From positions 434,001 to 498,000 of the forward strand of contig NW_026852258.1 of the NCBI RefSeq assembly GCF_026571515.1: a stretch of DNA of 64,000 nt. The letters are read 5' to 3'. Shown piece by piece: positions 12,188 to 22,900 of this stretch (positions within the stretch are counted from its first letter, which is position 1; the number at the start of each line of letters is the position of its first letter). The notes under the pieces are model-generated. The model had not been told where the DNA came from, did no database searches, and saw nothing but the letters and a program-made list of their open reading frames with translations. The stretch comes from Ruditapes philippinarum (lineage: Eukaryota). The position numbers were made by a program, and so were the translations under genes.

Positions 12188-12592
12188 TATCAGCAAGAAA
12201 TTATTGAAATTCTTCTTAACATTCTTCTGTAAATATCATATAAACATATCAATAAATCATATCTGCTGAGCTAATATGAATCAGTTGGGTTTTTTCCTTC
12301 TGTAGAAGGGACCATTTAAGGAAAAATTCTTTAAAATCATGCAGTTTTCCCTAAAAATTTAATTGACAAAGTTTTTTTCCTCCACTTTATAAAAATATCA
12401 TATTTTTCCCCAAAATTAGCGGAAGGGCCCAGTGCTTCCACAGCCTGTGAAAAAAGCCCTACAAGGGCTGTAAATCACATTAAAATCAATAAAAAAAATA
12501 TACATGCATGTCTGAGTTTAACATTTGAGAAAAATCCCTAGCTAGATGGCTGCAACCATTTTGAAAATACTGGACTGGTTCTATATTTGAGC

Positions 12593-13031
12593 TAGAGCTG
12601 TCATTGATTAGCATATTGATGTTACATCAATATCGGTTGACACATATCGGCGATACACCGATTTATCAATAAATACTCTTATTTTCATGTATATAATAGA
12701 ACTTTTTCTTATCTGTTTAAATGATTTTAGTAAAATAAATGTTCTGTTCATGTAAATATGTTGTGTCCTGTCTCTAATGGACCTTTGCATGATTTTTTTC
12801 CGACTATATTTTGTCATCACTGCTATGAAATGTGTCCATTATGTAACAACAGCTTAGTGTTAGACATGGCCACTTGCTTTTTGTATGAATTTTTAGTAAA
12901 TTTTCATAATTTATACACATTTAAATAATAAATAAAAATATTCGATTTTTTAAATGCGTATTGATTATTGATCGACAGAAAAATACCAACGATACATCGA
13001 TATTGTCTCTATTGATGACAGCTCTGCTCTA
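12593..13031. mobile_element. hAT-like non-autonomous element
   Basis: TIR TAGAGCTGTCAT / ATGACAGCTCT; subterminal CGAT/ATCG motifs; near-identical 8-bp flanks ATTTGAGC / GTTTGAGC. Confidence 0.65.
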
Positions 13032-13380
13032 GTTTGAGCTATAATTAGATTTCAGGCACTTTTGAAAAAACCATCTAATAAAAGCACTTACACAATTCAG
13101 ACTGTTGCTAGATTAGAATGATACTTTTGGCAAATGAATGATTTAGAAATTTTTTACATCATTTTTGAAAAAATCATCATGTTAAAATACAAATGTAACA
13201 TAAAAACAACAACTTTGAATAGACATTAACAAAAATGGAGTAAATGTGTTGCATTACACTAAATACCGTATTCCAGTATATACTGCACAAGGCCCTTAAA
13301 TGATTAAATGCTTTTTCACCCAACAGAATGAACTTTTAAAGATCTAATTCATCTCTTCACACAGATATTTATATGATAAT

Positions 13381-14271
13381 CAGTGTTCCCACTAGAATTT
13401 AAAGTTGAGGGTACATGTACCCCCTAGGTCATATTTTTGGGGGTGCACAGAATATTTAGGGGGTACAAACTATAAAGACAAGCAAGTCAGTTAAACACAT
13501 ACTATTTTTACAGCAGCAGTCATGTAAGATTGTTGCTTTTTGGCGTTGCATGACACATTGTGATCGTCACATTTCTGGTGTCTAACTAATGCTGACCGCT
13601 GGAAATTATTAGTCCCAATTGTAAACGCCGATTTCAGACACTTTTTAGTGTTTTTTTTCATATGTCTCGCATGTTAAACAAAACATTTTCCCATTGTCTT
13701 TGTAAAATCTAAGCCATGAAAATTCAAACAACCAGGAGTTCTGAAATCGCTTGCAATGTTTCTTTTGGGGGGTTCAACACTATTTTCACTAAGGCCTGGT
13801 TTTTGATTTGCGCTAGAGGATTGAGTAAGGGTCGGCGATTTTCGCTGGAATCGCTTTTATGGAACCATTCATTTAAATTGCGTTGCATATTCAATAACTT
13901 TTCCGGCGATTTTTTTAATATTTCAGACGGCTTATTTGTATCACCCGGATGTAGACTTGTTACTGCTTTTAATATAGAGCGTCGCGAAGCGACGTTAATA
14001 ATTATAAACCAGTCCATGAGCTAAAAATAGAACAGCTGGGAAACCCGAGTCATGACCTCAGTTATGACTGATGGGATTAAATTACGGTCTTGTAAACAAT
14101 TTCAGAGATTTATGAGTAGATTATTGATATGTGCTTCGAATTTGCGGATAATTTTTTGGCAGTTTTACTTCAATTTTTATATGTGCATGCACGCACCTAG
14201 CTGTAATTTCATGCGTGATTTTTGTAAATTATGCGTGATTCACGTACATTTGTGCGTGAATGGGAACACTG
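13381..14271. mobile_element. Non-autonomous DNA transposon with 5-bp TSD (hAT5-like)
   Basis: TIR CAGTGTTCCCA / TGGGAACACTG flanked by ATAAT on both sides. Confidence 0.8.
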
Positions 14272-14368
14272 ATAATGAATGAAGAATGTAAACTGGCGAA
14301 AAAAAAAGGATAGTTTTCTTCTTTGTGATCATGAGAAAAAAAGTTAAAAATACCTTTAACATATCCAT

Positions 14369-15106
14369 CAGGGCTCCAGATAATTATTTAGGGCAATGAG
14401 TAATTACTCATTGATTTTTTTGTGAATGAGTAAAACTTGAAATCTGAAATTTGGCAGGAGTATTTTTACTCCTTAAAATGTATGTAAAAGAGTAAAACAT
14501 TTATCATGCTTCCAATTTTTTGCATTATCATACTTGTAATACAAGATATGTCAGTCATTTATTTTGCTATTTGGACTCCCTTGGTTTATAATCTTGCATT
14601 TCCAAATGGCATACGTTTTATCTGAACCTGAGGAATGTTTCTGTTGCTCATATGTGGCAGCGCTAATAATTTCATTAATTACAACCTTCGCCGATTTTTT
14701 TCGGCTGAAAATACGAGTCAATCGTTTTAACTTTTGACAGCGACATTGTACCGGATGTTTATGAAATTGCGTTAATTCCACCACCTTACTATACATACGA
14801 TAACATCCGATGATAGTCGGAACTACAGGAAGTTACCGTAAGACGTTGCAAAGCATTCATACGAAGTTAATTCCACCACCATACTATACATACGATAACA
14901 ACCGATAATGGTCGGAACTACAGGAAGTTACCGGTAGACGCTTGCAAAGCGTTCAGACGAAATTAAAAATAAGATAATCACCATGTTGCTCAATGCGTAA
15001 CCTGAATTTTGTGTGCGTTTTCATACGCTCAAATTTTGTTTTGAATGCATAAATGTGTTATTTCCATGCGTAATTTACGCGTATACGCATCTTATCTGGA
15101 GCCCTG
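14369..15106. mobile_element. Non-autonomous DNA transposon with 5-bp TSD (hAT5-like)
   Basis: 15-bp TIR CAGGGCTCCAGATAA / TTATCTGGAGCCCTG flanked by TCCAT; internal tandem duplication of about 95 bp (~14770-14965). Confidence 0.85.
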
Positions 15107-16272
15107 TCCATTAACATGAACCAGTACATTACAGATAACGTTAAAACATTAACCTGTGATTAGAGATTAATAAAAAAAATGGCAGAATGAATTTTCGAAA
15201 CTCTGACGCACTTGTCTCCCTTTGCTTTGCTTCACAGAGCATAGCCAATCAATTCACTGCGAGGAGTTTCGGGATTTCCGGAAATATTCGGAGCATTCTG
15301 ATGATTGGTTGAGCACCATGATTTTATTTGTATCTGTTTTACGGTACAAAATATCTGCATTTACTTATTTACGAAGAGCAAGAAAGATCTGGTTTTTATG
15401 TAGCTCTATGTTTGATACGCGGAAAGTCCGAGCGGGGCCAAAGGCCCCGCGAGGGCTGTAGCGCTCTTAGATAACATGTATGACGCGTATCAATTCAAAT
15501 GAAATCAAATTAAAAGTAAATGAAAATTTTCAAAAAATATATATCCTATACCTAATGAGCTGTGAAAAAATCCTTAGTTAACAAGGCGCCGCCATTTTGA
15601 AATCCTTTGAGCTAAATATAGATATCACAGCGCTTTTAATGAGCGTCTACATCATTCAGACTATTGCTAGCAGACGCATGCTTAATAACACTTCCGAAAG
15701 ATTGATGTACAAAATCAGAAAATAAACATTCAATTCATTCATAAAAACTGTAGTAACGATGATAAATGTAAAAAGTTACTTTTAAATCCTTTTTGATAAA
15801 TTAGCACATTAAAAATAAAGTAAAAACAACATATGTGATTAGAGATTAACAGAAAATGGCGGACGGGATTTTCCAAACGCCGATGCATGCGCAGTGGTCC
15901 CTCTTCCGATGATAGGTTGAACACCACCAATTTATTCGTTTCTAATTACGGTACAAAATACCTGCATTTACTTATTAATGAATTGCATTATAGATCTTGT
16001 TAACATTACACTAAACATGTTATGCTTTAATCATAAATCATAAGAGCTTTCCGCGCCATAGGTAGTAGGGCTGCAACGATACACCAAATGTTCGATTCGA
16101 TTCGATTTCGATTTTAGACACTTCGATTCGATTTTTTTCGATTCGATACATTTCTGATTACTAATTTATCTTTGGTATATAATTCTGCTTGTCTGTTCCA
16201 AAAGTGAGTGGCCTTCAACCTAGTGCTTTGCTTTTCTGTAATATAACTATTATATAAACTTATTTGACTTAA

Positions 16273-17908
16273 CCTTTTCCCTTATAGAAGCGAGAATCGC
16301 CGTCTTTTACCATTCCCTGATAGAAGCGAGAATCGACGGCTTTATCGATTACCGCATGTAAGCGAGAATCGCCGACATGCATGATCTCAATGGAAGCGAC
16401 TTTCGCCGACTTCAATATTTACCTGTCCAAAAATCAACAATTTTCCCGGAAAATAGACCTGTAAATTGTGTTATCGTAAAGATCAACATTTCATGAGGGG
16501 ATTCCGTGCATAAAATTATGGTGTTACTATTTAAAGTTTTTGTATAATTAGCGACCAACCAGGTGAGGGGTTTTCCTTACGTCACGCAGTTAATGAGTGC
16601 GCGGGTCAATGAAATAAATATAGAACGTATCGTAAGACAGGAACAAAAGTGTCTAAAAATAGCATCTAATGAATAAATAGTATTTATATGATCACGGGTC
16701 GTTCACGTGCCAGGCATGGTATAATGGATTTGATGTTTGTTTTGGTTTATGATAGCTGACATGTGTATATACACGGATTAATTAACGTCCTGACAAGGGG
16801 TATCTCTCTGGCCCCTGCAATAAAATATTTCCGGTAGCAGCGGCGATTTTTTTAAGAAAATGACCGACAAAGAAATGTTTAATAGTTTAAATTCTTTCAT
16901 GTGCGCTATTGTTTTCATAACAGACACAGCATGGGGCCGTGTATTATACGACATGATAAAATCATATCCCATATATCATCTTTGATGTCGGCAACATGAA
17001 AATGCCGAAAAGGCCGTGGAACTCGAGGATGTCTTTCCTTTATCATCATTTGATCTAAATTAGATCTATAAATGATAAAATTTAATTAAATTCATAATTC
17101 ATGAAGAAAATATATGACCATGACAGCAGAAATTCTGAAATATTTCATTCAACAGTTATATACATGTATTACAGAAATGACAGTTACTATTATGAAATAA
17201 AATATAAAAAAAAAACTGATAAAATAAATAAAAAAAAAAAAGTGAGATTTCTTTTTACTGGTATAAAAAAAGGTAAAAAAAGAACTTGTTGTTATTTATT
17301 TCACTAAAAATGAATGCTGCATAAACCAAAAAAATTAATAATAAATTAGCCATATTTCCCTAATGAGAGAAAAAATTATACATCATTTTATTGTTTATAA
17401 CTACTGTAATTATACTGTTATAAAGCCCACAAATATAAAATTTATACCACTGGAAAGATAATTCAAATCTCTACAAATCTTACATTGACATATATATTGT
17501 CAAACTTGTAATTAAACCATTTCACATTAGTTAAAACACATAAGTAGCCTAATTTATCTGAAACAATGGAGAAAAAAACACCTAGTATATAGTTTATTAC
17601 TTTATAACTCATGTAGACATATTTGTATAAACCCAACAAATATGATATTTATACCATTGGAAAGGTATTTCAATTCTCTACAAACTTTTTATTGATACAA
17701 AAATTGTCAAAACACAACTTAATACTTTATTTTCCAGTTAAAGTATATAGGTATCTAATTTGACCAATTTTACCTATAATTTATCATACCCTATATGGAG
17801 ATAGTGTGTGACTCCTTATCAGTAGGATATTGATTATTGATTATCTATCTGGCTACTGTATTATGGGGTGTAAAGCAGTAAATTAAGGGGGCTGTATCAG
17901 GGAAAAGG
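16273..17908. mobile_element. piggyBac-like non-autonomous element nested in the hAT
   Basis: TTAA|CCTTTTCCCT ... AGGGAAAAGG|TTAA; four subterminal AAGCGAGAATCG-type repeats at the left end; diverged internal duplication (~17395-17770). Confidence 0.8.
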
Positions 17909-18320
17909 TTAAGAATTGTGTTTATGAGAATAAAAAGCTCTTGTCTATTTGGAAAATAATTTTAATCAGGCAAATAATCATTAATCTCAGTAACATGACT
18001 ATCACAGATACCTTCTGCTGACTACTGACTAGAAATTTAACAAAGTATGTAAATTGTAAAGTAAATAATAATAAACAAAGTTTCACAAGGTTGTTAGAAC
18101 TGATATTCAGATATTCTGTTTATAATTCCCATGATATGCAAAATGAATATTCAGATATTCTGTTTATAATTCCCATAATATGTAAAATGAATAATCAATC
18201 CTAATGTCAGTGTTGTCACACAATACTTCTTAGTCTAGTAAACAATACAGAAAAAATGAAATTCATGAAATTATCACTTATTTTCACACTTGACTAAAGA
18301 AATAATCATCAATCCCAATG

Positions 18321-18614
18321 TCAAATATGCCTACTTACTGTAGTACTAATCAAACTTATTTCGGGAAGGCCAGGACACGAATAAAGCTTAAAAGACAAGT
18401 CCACATCCATGACATCGTGTTTTCGTTTCATATGTTGCATTAAATTAGACGTACTGCTGGACTTTGGATATGACACGTCCATAAAGCATATTTTGCAAGT
18501 AGCTTTATCCGTGTCCTGGCCTTTCCGAAACCCAAAGTGTTCCCAAACCTTTGATTTTAATATTTTAGGAGGATTTTTTAATTTTATTTTATCAACATTG
18601 ATGTTGGTAGCCAT
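18321..18614 (-). pseudogene. Truncated hAT transposase, BED zinc finger (ZBED1/ZBED4-like)
   Basis: KSKVWEHFGF...ATCKICFMDVSY...STSNLMQHMKRKH matches the zf-BED signature; no catalytic domain follows. Confidence 0.85.
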
Positions 18615-19864
18615 TTTGACTTGTTTGCCGAAAATAAAACATTACGCGCCCACTGATTGGATGACCGAGTTTTAACTGGCCAATCGTATTTAATGTGATG
18701 AAGCGCGAAGGGAAAGACTAAAACTCTCACTTTTTTTCCATGTTTATTTGTGGGTGAGGAATCGAATCGAAAATGTTACAGTTGGTATCGGATATCGAAT
18801 CGGCGTTCATAAAACCGGTTTTCGATGCATCGAAAGGTATCGTTGCACCTCTAATACGGGGAAGTCAAAGACCGGGCCCGCGAAGCGGGTCCGGGCTTTG
18901 GCTTGCCCGGCTATAGACTACATGTGTATATTTAAAATAAAATCAAATAAAAAGACAATTAAAAAATATATAGAATTCTATACCTATCAATGAAATTTTC
19001 TGTGTCAGTTCTAGTCGGGCGCCGCCATTTACAATGTAACTCAATGATAATAGGCGGGGTATTCCGATAACGGAACAAATCTCAACTTTTCGGATAAATA
19101 ATAATCGTCGAGTGTTCCGAGTGAAAACGGAAGCAGTGCATGTAATACCGAATGACACCTTTTAAACGGAAAGAAAGGATTTTTTAACGACTTCCCCGTC
19201 TATAGGCTTTGCCTAATTTCATATTAGGTAGCACCTTATTTCATATTATTAAATGATAAATGCTTTCCGCGCCATTCTCAGGTAGCACCTAATTTCATAT
19301 TATGATTGTAATTAAATCATAAAGGTTTTTCATGGCATGGTAACATTTATCTTCATATAACTGTAAAACAGCTGACATTAAATACAATATACATAACTCA
19401 GCAGTATGTAAAACAACAGAGAGTGATTTCGAAAAAAATAGTTGTTTATAACCTGCACATTATCATGGGTTTTCGCGTTTTATGGATACATTTTCATTCA
19501 TTCAGGAAGGCAAAGAAATTTTTTTGTTCTGTTAGCAAATGAAACAAACACCTGTAAGCCAATGTAAATGGGAACATCTGCGGTCTAGTTCTATGTTGTC
19601 GCTTTCGTTTTAAAACTTAAATCTAGTTCGCAAAAATTCCTTGTTGTGTGTTTTGATCTTTAAGCGCGCGTTTATTAACCCAGATCATTTGTAGTCTCAG
19701 CACAAAGTAAAATCCATGCTTTAAAACATTTCAAAGATGCAAAAAGAGCTTTTTACTTGTACCAATATTATTAAAATCTTATTTTTAATTTTTTATTCTT
19801 TATTTTCAGTTATTATCATTCTGTGACTGTAAAATAATAAAAAGAATTGAGATTATTTCTTCAA

Positions 19865-19890
19865 CTTCCGGAATCGTTCTTTCTTCCGGT
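19865..19890 (+). promoter_or_regulatory. RPS6 TCT core promoter / 5'TOP start with flanking ETS-like CTTCCGG sites
   Basis: TTC(+1, 19879)TTTCT fits YYC+1TTTYY, 40 nt upstream of the ATG; typical of ribosomal-protein genes. Confidence 0.75.
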
Positions 19891-19918
19891 TGAAGCCGAA
19901 CTGATCGTTTGGATCGGC

Positions 19919-22900
19919 ATGAAGGTACGAAAACAAAGACAAATATATGGGTATCCAGATGTGAAATAGCTAAAATAGAAAGAGCAACGTCCATTCAATA
20001 CCTTAAATTTCAATACAATCAGTAATTTAAGTTCATTCGTGAAAAATATATGCGGATTCCCTCCGATTTTACTTGATCATGAAGGTGTACTATTTTGGTT
20101 TAAGTGTCAAAAGTTTTCATGTCGGGCCTGTTTCACCTTGATTACTTTAATATCTTCAAGCTCATATGCTTTTAATTCTTCTGTATTCAATAACATTGTT
20201 GTGAAACGTTTAGTTTTTCATATCCAAGCTTAAGTTAATAGTCCAATGCACAGTATGTGTTGCATCCAATATAATTTTAGACCCAGGCCCAGGGGTCAAA
20301 ACAAGGGTATATATAATAGGCTGATTTAATATTTTTAGTATAATGTTAAAGTAGGCAAGTCTTATGAATGGGAAAGTCAGATAACAAAAAACTTTGTTCA
20401 TATTTTTATTTTACATTTTATGTTTTGAAGATGTCATTCAGTATTTGGCCTACCCATGTCCTTACAAGCTAGTCCCAGTTTAGACCTCTTACTGGGCATC
20501 CTTTTTACCAGTTCCAAGCCAACTTTGATTTTAAATTTTATCTCTGTCTTGTAGTTCTTTTTAACTTGCTTTTACCTTGTGCCTATAAATTTGCACCTTA
20601 CATATTTGTTTTTAACAGCTATTCCCAGATAACGTGCCTGCTTAGTGTAATTAATTACAATTTTGAAGCAGTATGATGTAGATAGATAGTATTTCATGCA
20701 TCGATTCAGTTTTCAATTGGAACTCCGATTATTCTTCAGTCTAAAAGTTGTTGATTCATATGTAATCGGAATACACAGGGGATTATCATTGAGTTACATT
20801 AAAAATGATGGTGCCCAATTTGAAATGACACTGAAAAGTAGACTTGGGTTTACTTAGAATTCTATATATATATATTTATTTTAAATATACACATGTAGTC
20901 GATAGCCGGGCAAGCCAAAGCTTGGGCCTCCTTTCATTAAATGTTTTTTCAAAAGCGTTCTGAAATCAATTATAGCTCAGTTATAGAACCATTGCAATAT
21001 TTTCTAAAAGGTGGCGCCCAGTTGAGGACTTTTCTCAAACATGTTACACTTAGACATATTTTTTTTATTGATTTTAATGTGATGTCAGTGTAACATAAAC
21101 AATTCATCAATTGGCATCTGCCTCCAGTCATATTTAAGTTTGCAGTCATTAATTCTGTTTAAACATGTATAATGAGAGAGGTAGATGCTGGATTTCATTT
21201 TGTCAAAGTTATCAACATATTTTGGAGTACTTGTTTATCATGACAACCTGCAGTTGTAAGACAAGTTGCATAATTCTTAAAGCTGTATTTTTTGGAGTTA
21301 TGTCTTTTTAATTCTGAAGTGATCATAATTATATTGTTTTTATTTTCTTCTTATAGCTGAACATATCTTACCCAGCCACTGGCTGTCAGAAGTTAATTGA
21401 AGTAGATGATGAGAAAAGAATAAGACCCCTGTATGAGAAGAGAATTGCCACAGAAATCTCTGCCGACTGTCTTGGAGATGAGTGGAAGGTAAAATATTCA
21501 TAATGGAATGATTAACAGGTCTAGTAGATTGCCAGATTAATGTATGATGCATGAATTGATACATGCTACACAAAGTGGTGTATTTAATCATACAATGATC
21601 AGTGTGTTTAAATATTTTGATGAATCTGTAAATTTTTGTTTGTTGAAATGTTTAGAAAAGATCATCTTTTGGCACCGGCACCTGCAACATTGGTAATAGT
21701 CTGTTTTATCAACAAAGAATAAACATGAACTCCAAGAAATTTTGTTTTTATCCACTGAAAATTTGTAAATTTCTGATATAAATTCATTTTAATATTTCAG
21801 TTTAAGTTATTATTCTGATTAGGTTACTCAGGTATACTTAGATTTAAATTTTATCTTGACATTAATCACTTTCAAATGATGATTGTTTCTTAAGATACTT
21901 GTTATGGCAAACAAATTTTACTGGCCCGTTGGACCACCAACATAGCAATAATCACAGGACCAGCGCTTGATTTAAAGTGGCCTTGGGCAGTGGACTGGCG
22001 CAAATTTCTAAGTTTGATGGACATGAAAGACTGCTTTATTTTAAATTAAGATTTTGAAAGTTCTTAGTGTTTGTTACAAAAAGAAGCATGTCTGCTTCAA
22101 TTTTAAAATATTTTATTTATTATATTTTTAAATGAAAAGTATTGTTTTTAGGTATATGTTAATTTTGTAGGGCTATGTTCTACGTATAACTGGTGGCAAT
22201 GACAAGCAGGGTTTCCCAATGAAACAGGGAGTTCTGACTAATGGCAGAGTCAAGTTGCTTATGAGCAAAGGTCACTCCTGCTACAGACCCCGCAGGAAGG
22301 GAGAGAGGAAGAGGAAGTCTGTTCGAGGCTGCATTGTAGACAGTAACCTCAGTGTGCTTGCTCTCACTATTGTAAAGAAAGGTAGGAGGTGTAGTTTTGT
22401 TGTTGTATTCTAAATCATTACCCTACAGTCAGTAATTATTTAACTTAAATACTAATCAGCTTGAACAGTAAAGGTATACTATTGGAAGGAATGACGCTAG
22501 AATTTCAGTTTGTTTGCAGTGATAAATTATTGTTGATTTTATTTATAATCATACTATTTGCTATGATATATGTTCAACAATAAATGTTAACAGCAATGTA
22601 ATTGCTAGTAACTAAACTTGTTTAACATATTTTCAGGAGAACAAGAGATTCCAGGCCTCACAGACAAGACTGTTCCCCGTCGTCTTGGACCCAAGAGAGC
22701 AAGCAAGATCCGACGCCTGTTTAATCTAAACAAAGAAGACGATGTTAGACAATATGTTGTCAGGCGACCACTTCCAGCTACTGACAGTATGTGTTTACCA
22801 GTTTGTTTCAATATTTTAATCTAAAGCAGTTTTTGCTTGAAGAGTGTTGTTATATAATAAGATTTAAATACATGAGAAAATTTTAAGCTTAATCAGAATT

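Larger units (their letters stand above)
16066..18853 (-). mobile_element. hAT element, internally deleted, retaining a zf-BED transposase N-terminus
   Basis: TIR TAGGGCTGCAACGATAC / GTATCGTTGCACCTCTA; subterminal CGATT arrays; BED-finger ORF at 18321-18614; TSD only 5/8 matching. Confidence 0.85.

Noticed and set aside
13716-14796. Overlapping 76-102 aa ORFs inside TIR elements
   Set aside because: No recognisable transposase or other domain; consistent with chance ORFs.
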